Shown one piece after another: positions 36,665 through 50,544 of a DNA stretch of 64,000 bases; position 1 is the stretch's first letter, and each line of letters starts with the position of its first letter. The stretch spans positions 122,326,001-122,390,000 of the forward strand of contig NC_135886.1 in assembly GCF_964194155.1 (NCBI RefSeq). Direction: 5' to 3'. The stretch comes from Cetorhinus maximus (taxonomy: Eukaryota). The notes below the pieces were generated by a model that ran no database searches, had not been told where the DNA came from, and saw only the letters and a program-made list of their open reading frames with translations. The translations under genes were made by a program, and so were the position numbers.

Positions 36665-39290
36665 GTTTACTCATTCATTGAATGTGGGCGTTGCTGGTTG
36701 GGCCAGCCTTTATTGCCATTCCTAACTGCCCTTAAGAAGGTGGTGGTGAGTTGCCTTCTTGAACCGCTGCAGCCCATGTGGTGTAGGTACACACACAGTG
36801 CTGTTAGGGAGGGAGTTCCAGAATTTTGACCCAGCGACAGTGAAGGAACAGTGATATGTTTCCAAGTCAGGATGGTGAGTCACTTGGAGGGGAACTTCAA
36901 GATGGTGGTGTTCCCGTCTATCTGCTGCCCTTGACCTTCTAGATGGTAGTGGTCATGTGTTTGGAAGGTGCTGTATAAGCAGCCTTGGTGAATTCCCACA
37001 GTGCACCTTGTGGATGGTACACACTGCTGCTATTGTGAGTCAGTGCTGGAGGGAGTTAATGTTTGTGGATGTGGTGCCAATCAAGTGGGCTGCTTTGTCC
37101 TGGACTGTGTCCAGCTTCTTGAATGTTGTGGTTGCTGCACTCATCCAGGCAAGTGGGGAGTATTCCATCACACTCCTGACTTGTGCCTTGTAGGTGGTGG
37201 ATACACTTTGGGGAGTCAGGAGATGAGTTACTCATCGCAGGATTCCTAGTCTGTGACCTGCTCAGTATTTATATGGCTAGTCCAGTTCAGTTTCTGGTCA
37301 ATGGTAACCCTTAGGATTTTGATAATGGGGATTCATTGATGGTAATGCCATTGAATGTCAAGGGGCGATGGTTAGATTCTTGTTGGAGATGGTCATTGCC
37401 TGACGCTTGTGTGGCGCAAATGTTACTTGCCACCTGTCAGCCAAGCATGGATATTGTCCAGGCCTTGCTGCATTTGGACATGGACTGCTTCAGCATCTGA
37501 GGAGACACGAATGGTGCTGAACATTGTGCGTACATCCCTACTTCTGACCTTATGATGGAAGGAAGGTCATTGATGAAGCAGCTGAAAATGATTGGGCCGA
37601 GGACATTACCCTGAGGAACTCCTGCAGTGATGTCCTGGAACTGAGATGAATGACTTCCAACAACCACAATCATCTTCTTTTGTGCCACTTGATAGCACTG
37701 TTGATGACCCTTTCCATTACTTTACTGATGATCAAGAGTAGACTGATGGGGCGGTAATTGGCCGGGTTGAATTTTTTCCTGCTTTTGTGTATAGGTCATA
37801 CCTGGGCAATTTTCCACATAGCCGCCTAGATGCCAGTGTTGTAGCAGTACTGGAACAGCTTGGCTAGGGGCACAGCAAGTTCTGGAGCACAAGTCTTCAG
37901 TGCTATCATGGAATATTGTCAGGATCCATAGCCTTTGCAGTATCCAGTGCCTTCACTGTTTCTTGATATCACGTGGAGTGAATTGAATTGGCTGAAGACT
38001 GGCATCTGTGATGCTGGGAACCTCCGGAGGAGGTCGAGATGGATCATCCACTTGGCACTTCTGGCTGAAGATTTTTGCAAATGTTTCAACCTTAACTTTT
38101 GCACTGATGTGCTTGGCTCCCCCATCATTGAGGGTGGGGATATTTGTGGAGCCTCCTCCAATGAATTGTTTAATTTCCCACCACCATTCATAACTGGATA
38201 TCGCAGGGCTGCAGAGCTTAGATCTGATCCATTGGTTGTGGGATTGCTTAGCTCTGTCTGTCACCTACTGCTTATGCTGTTTGGCACGCAAGTAGTCCTG
38301 TGTTACAGCTTCACCAAGTTGACACCTCATTTTTAGCTATGCCTGGTTCTGCACTCTTCTTTGAACCAGGGTTGATCCTCTGGCTTGACGGTAATGGTAG
38401 AGTGGGAGATATGCCGGCCATGAGGTTACTGATTGTGTTCAAGCACAATTCTGCTGTTGCTAATGCCCCATTGCATCTCCTGGATGCCCAGTCCTGAGTT
38501 GCTAGATCTGTTCAAAATCTATCCCATTTAGCACGGTGGTAGTGCCACACGACATGATGGAGGGTATCCTCAATGTGAAGGCAGGGCTTTGTCTCCACAA
38601 GGATTGTGCGTTGGTCACTCTGTCATGGACAGATGCATCTGCAGCAGGCAAGTTGGTCAGGATGAGGTCAAGAATGCTATTCCCTCTTGTTGGTTCCCTC
38701 ACCACCTGCTGCAGACCCAGTCTAGCAATTATGTCTTTTAGGACTTGGCCAGCTCAGTCAGTAGTAGTGCTACCAAGCCACTCTTGGGGATGGACATTGA
38801 AGTCCCCACCCAGAGTACATTCTGCACCCAATCCACCCTCAGTGCTTCCTCCAAGTGGCGTTCAACATGGAGGAGCACTGATTCATCAGCTGAGGGTGGG
38901 CGGTATGTGGTAATCAGCAGGAGGTTTCCTTGCCCATGTTTGACCTGATGCCATGAGACTTCATGGGGTCTGGAGTCGATGTTGAGGACTCTCAGGGCAA
39001 CTCCCTCATGACTGTATACCACTGTGCAGCCACCTCTGCTGGATCTGTCCTGTTGATGGGACAGGACATGCCCAGGGATGGTGATCGTGTAAGATATGAT
39101 TTTGTGAGAATGACTATGTCAGGCTGTTGCTTGACTAGTCTGTGAGACAGCTCTCCCAATTTTGGCACTAGGCCCCAGATATTAGTAAGGAGGACTTTGC
39201 AGGGTTATCAGGGCTGAGTTTGCTGTTGTCGTTTCCAATGCTTAGGTTGATGCCGGGTGGTCCATCTGGTTTCATTCCTTTTTTGAGGCT
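36665..39290 (-). mobile_element. L2/CR1-group LINE, long decayed copy (APE plus RT)
   Basis: Fragments LLITTYRPPSADESVL, VREPTRGNSILDLILTNLP, EWWWEIKQ...TNIPTL and AGVPQGNVLGPIIFSCFINDLPS; the 3' tail matches 5700-5995. Confidence 0.9.
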
Positions 39291-39294
39291 TTGT

Positions 39295-39575
39295 AACCAA
39301 GTGGTTTGCTAAGCCATTTCAAAGGGGAGGTAAGAGTCACATGTAGGCCTGAACAGGTAAGGACTGCAGATTTCCTTCCCTAAAGGACATTAGTGAACAA
39401 GATGGGTTTTTATAACCATTGACAATGGTTTCACAGTCATTAGACTTTCAATTCCAGATTTTTATTGAATTCAAGTTCCACCATCTGCTGTGGTGGGATT
39501 CAAGCCTGGATCCACAGAGCATTACCCTGGGTCTCTGGATTACTAGTCCAGTGACAATACCACTATGCCATCGCC
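39295..39575 (-). mobile_element. tRNA-derived SINE with head retained
   Basis: Minus strand tggcatagtggtattgtcactggactagtaatccagag...ggcttgaatcccaccacagcagatgg gives A/B-box-like motifs; body as in 4165-4425. Confidence 0.8.
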
Positions 39576-39577
39576 TT

Positions 39578-39705
39578 CCCCATACAGTATAAATTGTTGT
39601 TTCCCCATTATTCTTGTGAAGTGTCCTGATGAGTGCAAGATGAAAAGTTTTGACATATCTCTTTTTTTCAGCAATATTCAAGATCTGTACTACCAAACAA
39701 CTAGA
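39578..39705 (+). mobile_element. Penelope family B terminal fragment with hammerhead-like motif
   Basis: Matches 14825-14955; 39622-39655 reads TGTC-CTGATGA-GTGCAAGAT-GAAA-AGTT-TT-GACA. Confidence 0.75.
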
Positions 39706-41384
39706 TGGCACATTAACCATATCAAGAACCCATACAAGGAACGTACGCCCTTCATCCAACCAAGGTGGAGAAATGGGAGTCATGTCACATGACACCCTCC
39801 CCAAGCTTCTAGATCCCGTAATATTGAGAAAAGGCAGACTGCCATCTTCTGTCTAGAAAAAGGGCTCAGTCCATATTTTTGAATACCTGGCTCCCCACTT
39901 ATGTTGTTTTCTACTGGAACTTCAAAACTTCTGTACCAGCGCCTACAAAACTAAATCATCTGTATGTGCTTATTGCATCGTGGAAGTCAACTCTACTGGA
40001 AAAGTGGGTTATCCAGCATCCGTCTTGAGCCTGCTGACTCTGTGAAAGAATACACCATTGGATTTTGATTCTGGACTCTGGACGCACGTGAAACAATAAT
40101 TCTTATATTCTCTGTGGCCTTTGCCCTGTACCTCTTTCTTCCCCTCATCCCTTTTTATTATATAAATGTACCGGGGGCTACAGAGCAACACCCCTCCGCA
40201 TTTTGAGTGTGTGTAATTCATCCTAGCTTGGGTTTGCTGTGGCAGTATTAATAGAGAATTGGATCACACCAAAACTGAGGGGTGGGAAAATACGCCACCA
40301 CATATATATGGAGAAATAAAAAAAAAAGGTTAAAAACACCATTCTGTTTACAGACAGGTGGTGAGCGGAGAAATCAGGGCTGTTTAAATTAAATCCCTTC
40401 CTGTCCACAACAACAAATCCTGTGTTGTTAACACCTTGAGAGTTTAAGACAGTCAGTGTCTTTGTGTTCGAATGATCAGTTCAATTTGATAATACTCTTT
40501 TGGATTAGTTTCATGACAGGGCATTGATTCAACACCAGCCTGGAATATTCTTTTTGTTCCGCCTTGAGACCAAACAAAAACCTCAAACCACAAAAGAAGT
40601 CAGGAAGCCATATTTTGCAGTCTTTCATGCTCAGTTTTAAAATATAAAAATCAATTTGAAGTTCAGAATATACTGGGGCATGACACTTTTGAAAGTTATT
40701 ATTTATAAGGGTGTTTCTACCACCCTTTCAGGCAGTGCAATAATGATCGTAACAATTCTTTGCATCAAGAATTTATTTTCATCTCCTCTCTGATTCTTTT
40801 GGCAATTATCTTAAATCTGTGTTCTCTGGTATCTGACCTTTGTGCCACTGGAAACAGTTTATCCTTATTCACTCCGTCAAAATCCTTCATGATTTTGAAC
40901 TTGTACAAGTCACATGATGAGAAAGCCATTTTGTTGTCTGCTTTTTAAAAAATTAGCAACAAGATTTTGCAGAGAGTTCCATTAAAAGCCATCGAACAAG
41001 CTGCAAGTCATCCAAGTAGGCAAAGTAATAAACAGCCATACCTTGAAAGTGGGAGATCTTAACAGAGAGAAGGGCTCCCCAGACTGTTCCAACTTGGAGT
41101 TCACCTGAGATCCAACCTCCTGTAGATTTGACTATGAGAAGCCTCACAGCTTACTAAGAATCTTTTGCTTTTCCAGACCTTCACTTCAACTTTAGAGCAT
41201 CATCTTCATTCAAGAAACTACAGGCATGCCACAAAAGAGCCTGAGATAATTATAAGTTGTAACAGTATATCACCTTCATTTGTATCTAATCTTTGCATAC
41301 TTGAGAGTGTGCGTGTGAGATGATTGAGTGAAACATTGTGTTAAATTCGGGGTAAACGTGTGATAATAAATAACCTTCTTTATT

Positions 41385-42520
41385 AAATCTGCCCTTAATC
41401 TTCTCTGCTATTAGGAGAACAACACCAACTTCTCTAGCCTCTCCATGGAACTGAAATCCTGCATTTCTGACACCACATCAGTAAATCACCTCTGTATCCA
41501 CTCCAAAGCCCTGACATTCTACCAAAAGTGTGGTATCCAGAACTGAATGCAACATTCTAGCTGGGAGCTAACCATTGTTTTATACAGGTTTTGTATAACA
41601 TTCTTGCTTTTGCATTCTATGGCTCATTTATAAAGCCAAATATCACATATGCTTTTTCAAAAAAGCTTTCAATGTGTCCTGACAACACTGGTGTACATAC
41701 ACCGCCCCCCCCCAGGTCTCTCTGTTCCTGCATTCTATTTTGAATTGTACTATTTAGGTTATATTGCCTCGTCTCATTCTTCCAACCAAACTTCACACTT
41801 CTCGGCTTTAAATTTCACCCGTCACTTGTCTTCCCATTTTACCAGTCTATGTCCTACTGGACTGTTACTATTCTCCTCATGATATTCTACTATTTTCCTG
41901 TGATCTGTAAACTTTGAAATTATGCCCAGTATACCCTAGTTCAGGTCAAATATATATATACATATATGTGTACATATATATATATATATATATAAATCAA
42001 AAAGAGCAACAGCCCTTGGTGGACACAACCATGTTCAGCCCTCCAGCCTGAAACATAAATGTTTGCTGCTGCTCCCTGGTTTCTTTCCAATTTTGTATCC
42101 ACACTGCCTCTGGTTTCAATTTTACTACAGATCTATGTGGAACTTTATCGAACATCTTTTGAAAGCCTATATAGGCAACATCAACCACGTTACCTTCAGC
42201 AACCCTCTCTGTTACTGGATTGAAATTAATGCTGGCTGTCAGTTATAAACCCATACTTTTTCAAGTCACAATTAATTGTGTCTCAGAATATTCTCTGTAA
42301 AAGTCTCCGTACCACTGATGTTAGGATGATTAGGCTGTAGTTGTTGGATTCATCCCTCTCCCGTTTTTTGAACAGGGATGTAAAATTTGTAATTCTCTAG
42401 GCCTTTGGCACATTTTATATATTGAAGGAGGATTGGAAGATTGTGGCCAGAGCCTGAACTCTTTCCACCCTTACTTTCCAAGGATGCATCCCATCTGGAC
42501 TAGCTGACTTTACCATTTTG
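41385..42520 (-). mobile_element. CR1 fragment containing a (TA)n tract
   Basis: Encodes VDVAYIGFQKMFDKVPH; colinear with other CR1 copies; TA repeat at ~41950-41995. Confidence 0.8.
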
Positions 42521-43234
42521 CAGGTATAGACCCACTCCCTTACCTGGGGCTATACTCGGCCTAGGTTCTAGTCTTACTCTGGGTAAACAATGGTGCAGAA
42601 CAACCATGTGGCTTAATCAAGATTTTCTTTATTGAGTATTACAAATCACTATATGTGTACTGACAAAACTGTCAATTGACCTTCTCGCCTGCAAGAGTCC
42701 ATCTCCGAGTTATCAATCCACTGACTGAGTCCCCTTCGCGTCTTTCATGACTGATTAGGTCACACCATCCTGATGATTGCCCTGACACTCTTGAGCCCCT
42801 GATGTTTATAGTGTGAAGTATGTCACTCACACTGATGCTTACGGCCCCTTTGGGATGTCAGACAATGGTGGCACATATATTTGTCCAATCCCCTCTCCTC
42901 TGCCTTTGCCCCACCCACGCATAGCTATGTCCATTTTGTGGGTGCCCAAAATGCCATTCTTCTTAGTCATTCCTCTTTATACTTATCCTATTCAATTTCT
43001 CTACTTTACCATAACAATGGCAGCATTCGCTTCTTTAGTGACGACAAGCTCATTTAGTATTGAGTACCTTAACCACGCCCTTTGCCTCCTCAAGAAAACC
43101 GCCTTTTTAGTCCCTAACTGGCCCCGCCCTTCCTTTAACTATCTTTTTACTATTTATATGTTTAAAGACTTTTGAATTCACTTTTATATTGCTGCAGTTC
43201 TATTGTCATAGATACATTTGTGTCTGTTGTTCTT

Positions 43235-43500
43235 CATGTGCATTTATATAGCACCTTTCATAACCCTCAGGGTATCACAAATCGCTTTATAGCCAATGAG
43301 GTACTTTTGAAGTGTAGTCACTGTTGTAATGTAGGAAACACGGCAGCTAATTTGTGCATAGCAACTTGCACAAAGAGCAATGAGATAAATGAAGAGTAAT
43401 CCATTTTTAGTGGTGTTGGTGGGGTAATAATTATTGGCCAGGACATTGGAGAAAGTGTCCCTACTTTTCTACAAATAATGTCACGGGATCATTCACATTC
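43235..43500 (-). mobile_element. Deu-domain SINE
   Basis: tgcatttatatagcacctttcataacc...agccaatgaggtacttttgaagtgtagtcactgttgtaatgtaggaaacacggcagctaatttgtgc is the reverse complement of the recalled AmnSINE/Deu-type 3' region. Confidence 0.8.
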
Positions 43501-45061
43501 GACCGCAAGTTACATTTGTACTATGTAGTTGGACATGATGTCCAAATATTACAAGCCTCCAAATATAACCTAGAATTCCATGAAAGAAAAGTCAAACTTG
43601 TCTTATCACCAATTAAAATAGGCACCTGGGCTTTTTCAATAATGCAGTCAAAATATAATTATTCCCAGGACTATGAAGGCTAGTTGCAACTGATGGACAT
43701 CAGTTACGGCAGGCTGGAGGGGGTCTGTGGCAGGCTGGAGGGGGCTGGAGAGTGCCACGATCACAGAGGATTCCTGCGCTGCCTGCCTCTCACATGTTTT
43801 ATCATATAATTTAGCAACTGGCAGAGCTGGACCATGAGTGTCAAGTAGTCATCCCGTAAAAGGTTTTGGATGACATCATTGAGTCCTTTGGTGAATTAAA
43901 GCCATATGCAATGTCCAGATGGTGTGTCTTGGAAGAGAACTGTCACTAATTAAGGGAATCTTGAAAGAAATACTATTGGATGCAATGTTCAACTCCCTTG
44001 AAGGTGGCAATTTTCTTCTTGTTGGCCTCCCTGTAAACCGTGTCCATCCTTCTGCCCTTATGTAGCCTCAGATAGGGAAACTGAGACCTGGCCTGAGTTC
44101 TTCTGTGGGGCTAATAAAAAGGACAAAACTCCCTCAGTACGTAAAGAAAATCCCAAATAGGATCAACTGCATTCCCCATGAACCTTACTGACTGCAAAAA
44201 AAAACCCACTTTGATTTGTTACCATATGCACCTAATTTCTAGATCCTTTTGTTTAGAAAAATAATGCATATTATATTCTGAAAATTACCCAAAAGGTCTT
44301 CAGAAATTAGTATTTAGTTGCTAACTTCTGGGAATGTATTTTTTTCCCCAGGTATTCTCTCAAATAATTGCTCAGCAGTAATGACGATTACGTGAAAATA
44401 ATATTCGAAAAGTCCACTGCAACCACCATGTCTTTTTGTCTAGCTGAATTGGAATTAATGCCTAACGAGACTCAGAGGGAATAACTACTGACATAAAGAT
44501 AGCAATCAGAAAAATTCCGTAGCTGCATAGTATCAACAGAATCATGTGGGGACTAATGTGACAACTTCAATTACCAGGGTTGTGTTAAATGATGTGGCAG
44601 AGCTGGGCAGCATCTGCAGCTGTTTAACCTCCAGGTGGCCATTTCACAACTTTTCCCACAGAGTTAATCAGCTTCTGATGACAGTATTCACTAGTCTTTG
44701 CCACCCATAAGTCTGAGAGCATTGCACTCTGACAGTTGCGTTGGGAATAGACCGTGAGGCTAAAATACTTGTTTGTCTCCACCCATCTCCTCTCATCTTT
44801 TATTTTCTGTCCATATTTGTGCCAGCCTATGATGTGTGGCATTTCTTAACCAAGAGAGTGAGCACAAGCTGTGCTTTTTATTCTAGAGCTGTCTCTGCTG
44901 GGAAAAAGTTCAATATCTTTACAGCACTGTTTGTTTTCATTTGTGTAGTTACCTCTACAAAGCATGAAAAGTATTTGTTACAATTAACATCGAGGTGTAG
45001 AAGCAGATGTTGGAGGCTATCGAGGTTACAAATATCGGCAAACATTAATTAAATCAATGCT

Positions 45062-45186
45062 CTCATATGGACTCGAAATGTTAACTCTGTTTCTCTCGCC
45101 ACAGATGCTGTCAGACCTGCTGAGTTTTTCCAGCATTTTCTGTTTTTGTTTCAGATTTCCAGCATCTGCAGTATTTTTCTTTTATC
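45062..45186 (+). mobile_element. Penelope family A terminal fragment with near-perfect TSD
   Basis: ggactcgaaatgttaactctgtttctctcgccacagatgctgtcagacctgctgagtttttccagc; flanked by ttaattaaatcaatg and ttaattacatcaatg. Confidence 0.85.
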
Positions 45187-47159
45187 TTAATTACATCAAT
45201 GTTTCAAGTTAAGCTTTGGGAACCAGCGTTCTCCAGTTACAGGGAAGAGCAAAATTGGGCAGCGATCCATTCAACAGTTCTTTGCTCCCATTACACTACC
45301 CTCGGATCTCCTAGACTTTCTCTGAGATGTGTAAATTGGCTCATGCCTTTGGGCTTAAAGTTATTATGTTAATGAGGTGGAAAGGACTGCTGCTTGGCAC
45401 AGCCTGCAGCATGACCCAGGCCACCCACAGCCATCAGCAGCCAAATTACCAGACCTTCAGAAATGCAATGTGTTGGCACATGTTTGCACTTTCCTTCCCC
45501 CTGCTTTTTAGATCTTAAGTCCCAGCCAGAGGGCAGGTCTATGTCTGGTTCTCCTAGGCTGTACTAATGGCTCGAGGTGGGGTTGGTGAGGGAAGGAAAG
45601 AATTACACAGTGCCTTCCTCACATGCTCGCGTCACCTCAGGTTCACTCGGCCTGCTGTATGCCAACTGGCACCCAGAGAGGAAAAGCTCACAAGATTCTA
45701 CACCAAGACAATACCCAGAGTCTGGAGTAATGGCCCTGGGGTTTCACATTATTTGCTTCCCCAAATGCTCAGGAGGGTAATGCACAACTGCTCTGCTTCC
45801 AAATTTTGTGGGTGTGTTGCATGGATCACACTTAAAAGGTTATGTAGAATATACAGCAGAGAATCAGGACATTTGGCTTAACTAGTCTATGTGTACTGTA
45901 CACAAGTCTCCACCCAATGCTATCTACCTTAACACAGCCTTTCAGCATATCTTTCTGTTTACCCTCCTCTCATGTACTCATAGTATCCTTTTGAAAGTAC
46001 CTAAGTTATTTGCCTCAATGACTTCCTTTGGTAATGAGTTTCACATTCTAAACACTCACTGAGCAAAGACATTTCTCCTTATTTCACTATTAGATTTATT
46101 AATCATGATCTAGCCCCTTGTTTTGGACTCTGTCACAAGTGGAAACATTCTCTTGACATCATGATCCTGAAATCCACACTGAATTGGCATTGGATCAGGT
46201 TGTTTTTTTCAGTACCTCGTGGCACAGAATGATATCAGGTGTCTGATCTAAGTGCCAGAAATGAATTGATGTCAAATGTCACTTATCTTCACAGAGATTC
46301 TGACATAGTGACGCCAACCATTCAGGGCCAGATTCAAATCATTAATCTTAAGCGAAGCCAATGATTGCAGAATTAAAGGTTCAGTGTTGCTTTGAACTAT
46401 TTCTATAGAAGGTGCCATTGTTACTGGATAAAAATATGACAAGTCATGGATCTGGCAGGCTGGTTAACTCTACAGCATGAAAGCTGGTTGCATTTCAATT
46501 CATGCTCACAGTTCTGTGAAGGTTTTCCTCATACTTTAATGGTTATCACCTGTTACCTACATGCCTTGCCATAAATTAAATTGTTCTATCTCAAAATGGT
46601 CAATTGTCATTTTTGTGCACTGTGTGGTGTGAGGAAGTGCTTAATTTCTCTCCTCTTTGCAAAGTGTTGACTGTTTGTTGGAGTGCTTCCATTGAGACAG
46701 GTCATCCTGCAATACCTCACTTGAATTGTTGTTTTTGTGCGTGTGAGTCTCTGCACGTCAGCAGAATATTTAATCCTAATCTTTCAGCAGGGGTTGCTGG
46801 ACAGGAATTAGGAGCATGATTTTCCACCATTTAATCCCAACACAGGGAAATCAACCGCAGCAACCCCCCCTCCACCACAACTCAGAAGAGCACCCTCAGC
46901 TTAGGCAGGAAGCAAATCTGGTCTCTTCCTGTTCTGTATGATACAACTATCGATTGCAAAAATGGACATGAGCTGCAAATAGGCATGGGGATTGCAGTGC
47001 AGGCAGCACACAAACTTCATGCTGCCTACTAATTTAAATGATTGCAATGTGCAGCCACTGTTAAGTGCACTGTTGAGGACCTAGCCTGATTGACCATGAT
47101 GGGGTTAATGCTATCTAAATAAGATTGTTGATGTAAAGTAACATCAGACCCATACACCA

Positions 47160-48055
47160 GAGACATCTGCCATGACGTTAGTGGTTAGCCCTTCTTGCCA
47201 AGTAGCCATCCTCTGGTTTGTCAGTGTGCCTCAAATACACAAGACACAGTGGACTGTAGCAGAATGAAGGCATCATGACTGCTGCCAGGATACAGGTCAT
47301 TGACCTGCATGATACATGTATGCTCGCATACCAGTTGGACATTGAGGGAGTGGAATCCCTTTCAGTTCTGGTATGGAGAAGAGTTAACATGTGGCACTAG
47401 CAAAATGATGTAAGTGTAGGCATTGGCATGACAGAGAAGCCTGCAATCCCCACGAAGCCATGCATTCACTCCGCCTGCTTTTCTCCAGCAAGAGAGAATG
47501 AAATACATTCAGCTGTCTTGAAGGACAGAACTCCATATACCATAGTAAATGGGAAACTGTGGGATCTTTCAAATATCACCTGCCCCAACATGGAGTGAGC
47601 CAAATGCATAAGAGTTCATGGCTGCAGCCATTGGGCGATGCTGTCTTTGCTCTCATTTTTCCCTCCCCTATGCCCTGTCTAGTTGGCATCCTCCCCCCGC
47701 CCTCCCATCTCCATCCTCCTTGCTGAGGTCTGCCAGCCTGGCCCCAGCGAGACCCCGTACTTACCTTTGAGGCGGACGTCACTGCAAGCTTCCATCTTGG
47801 ACTGCTGCAGTCCCAGCAGAGGCCAACACTCCCAGTGGAGCTGCTGGGATAAGAGCTCTGCCAGCTCTCCGATTGGCCAGCAGGCCTTGGAGGCGGGAAT
47901 TCCTCCCTGATGGGGGCAGAAGTCCTACCTCAAGCCAATTAACAGCTCGATGGCTGTTAAATGGCTGTGAGGAAAGTTGGGCAAATGGAGGCAGGCTCAC
48001 TCTCAACTTTTAAGCCAGGGGTCAGGAACTGTGCTTCCAACATAAAATTCAGCCC
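47160..48055 (-). mobile_element. Internally deleted PIF/Harbinger transposon (HARBI1-like transposase relic)
   Basis: Minus strand encodes [35 protein letters not shown] and GWLLGKKG*PL; TIR-like end taaaattcagccc at ~48043-48055. Confidence 0.75.
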
Positions 48056-48684
48056 TCTGTTTCTCTTCGCAGATGCTACCTTTTCTGTTTTTATTTTAGG
48101 TTTCAAGCATCTGCAGTAGTTTGCTTTTAGTTTGAGTTATTGTTCATGAAAGATCAAAACCACTGGCAAAGCATAAAGTGATACTAAAGAAATTCTACAG
48201 TTGTATAAAAATCAATATGGATTTAAGATAGACAAATCAATGAATTCTCAAAAATATTTCAACTTTTGTACTCGGGTGTGGGCACGATAAGGACGACCAC
48301 AGAGCTTGTGTATTAAATAAAGTAAAGCCTTTACTTGAACTCTGGTTAAAATACAGGGCATAGCAACAGAGGGAATTTTTATAACTTTAACAAAGTCAGA
48401 AACTCAAATAAATTCTAAAAATTATCAACACTGGCAGGGAATTGGGAATTATTAAAAGCATTAAATCAACAAAAATTTGCCAAGCTATCAACATTGGGAA
48501 ATATTTAGAGTACATTAAATATACTAAATTGCAAAATGAAGCAAATGTATGGAGCCATGTTTGAAAGTAGCGCACATCAAAACAAGTTACATTGTTAAAC
48601 CAAATGAATTGATTCTCACTCGTGAGACGTTGTGGCTCTGGGTGTCAGAAGAACATATATTATATTTGGCAGACTAGTAACTGC

Positions 48685-50540
48685 TACATAGAATCAAATA
48701 AAATGGTTACAGCACAGAAGGAGGCTATTCAGCCCGTCATGAATGTGCTGACTCTCTGCAAAAGCAATACACCTAGTGCCACTGATCCAACTTTTCCCCG
48801 TGGACCTGCAAATCTTCTTGCCTTCAGATAATGATCCAATTCTCTTCTAAAAGACATGAATGAATCTGCCTCCACCACACTCCCAGGCAGTGCATTCCAA
48901 ACCCAAACCACTCACTGAATAAAAAAGTTTTTCCGCATGTCGCCACGGCTTCCTTTGTCAATCACCTTAAATCTGTGTCCTGTGGTTCTTGATCCTTCTA
49001 CCAATGGGAACAGTTTTTCCCTATCTACTCTGTCCTAACCCCTCAGGGCTTTGAACACCTCTAACAAATCTTCTCTCAACCTTCTCTTCTCCAAGGAAAA
49101 CAGCCCCAACTTTTCCAAGCTATCCATGTAGCTGAAATCCATCAACCCTGGAACCGTTCTTGGGAATCTTTTCTGTACCCTCACTAATGCCTTCAGATTC
49201 TTTCTAAAGTGTGGTGCCCAGAATTGGACACAATACCCCGTTTAGGCCAAACCAATGTTTTATAGTTTGAACTTCCGACAGGCAATTCTTTTGTCCCCCG
49301 GCACCATCCGTGAATGTGTCCGACTCTGAGATAGAGTCAGAGACTTGGGACAGTTCCACGGTACTTACCTGGATGTTACCCAGGAAATATTAGACAGATT
49401 AAAATCTAGTCTAACTCCTGGGTAACTAGGCAACTGACCCTATCACTCACACTGGCCCTTGCGACCCCACCTCAAACCCCCAACAAACTCCCTAACCACC
49501 CAACTACCCCTGATCCCCAACTACGCCTCTCCCCACCAACTACCTTCCTGGCCATCTGGCTAACCCTCCTGACTACCCACTGACCCACCTACTCAGTCAC
49601 ACATTACCCACCTATCACCTCACCCACCTGCCATCTCACCAACCTGCCATCTATCTCACTTGCCACTCTACCTAATGACCACCTCACCCACCTGCCAGCT
49701 TACCAAACTACCACCTCACTCACCTACCACCTAACACCCTAACCCTACCCACCTAGAGACCTATGCACTTTCCTCACCCACCCTTCCCACCCACCCGCTT
49801 ACCCACTTAACTCACGCACTCTACCCACTTACCCACTTACTTCACCCACCTACCCACCCTACCCATTTACTCATTCACCCATTCAGTAACATTCAGCCTA
49901 GACATTTCAACTTAATATATGGCAGCTAGTGCCATAAAAAGGGGACATGTCCTATCTTCCCCTTACTCTACTGTGATCTGATTGAGTTCTCTGAGGGGAC
50001 ATCGTGCTCTGCATTTTTGGTAAAGCCAGGCTTGTAAGACCCAACAAGAAATGTGCAACAGTGTCAAGGTGGCAGAAAGTTTGAGCAGATTGGCATTCCT
50101 CTGAAGGTCCAGGCCAATATCTCTATTATGAAACCCAAGATCCCAGTTGCCTTGCTCACCTCTCTCTCAATATATCCTGTCACCTTCAAAGATCTATGTT
50201 CATCAACTCCCAGGTCCCTCTGGCCCTGTACACTCTTTAGAACTGTGCCATTAAGTCTATATTGCCTCTTCCTATCCCTTCTGCTAAAGTGCATCACCTC
50301 ACACTTCGTTGTGTTAAATTCCATTTGTCATTTGTCTTTCCATTCTATTAACCTAGCGTATGTCCTGTTGCAGTTGATTTCTGTCATCCTCACTGTTTGT
50401 CATGCTTCTAATTTTGGTATCCTCAGCATCAAAAAAGCAGTGGTCCTAGCACTAGTCCTTGGGAACATCACTGTCTGCCATCCTCCAGTCTGAAAACAAC
50501 CATTTACTGCGGCTCGCTGTTATCTGTTCTTTAGGCAATT
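48685..50540 (-). mobile_element. CR1 3' fragment split by an ~840-bp insertion (about 49265-50113)
   Basis: Encodes VWNALPGSVVEADS and MEFNTTKCEVMHFSRRDRKRQYRLNGTVLKSVQGQRDLGV in colinear order either side of a C-rich insert. Confidence 0.8.
49440..49885. repeat. C/A-rich low-complexity repeat (cacccacct/acccactt-like units)
   Basis: Direct observation of degenerate 4-9 bp units. Confidence 0.8.
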
Positions 50541-50544
50541 TTTT

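Noticed and set aside
39480-39575. Possible tRNA gene (also at 12320-12360 and 29950-30035)
   Set aside because: A/B-box-like motifs run directly into SINE bodies and I could not fold a full cloverleaf.
39696-39712. Second CTCF-like motif caactagatggcac
   Set aside because: Lacks the CC core and straddles a repeat boundary.
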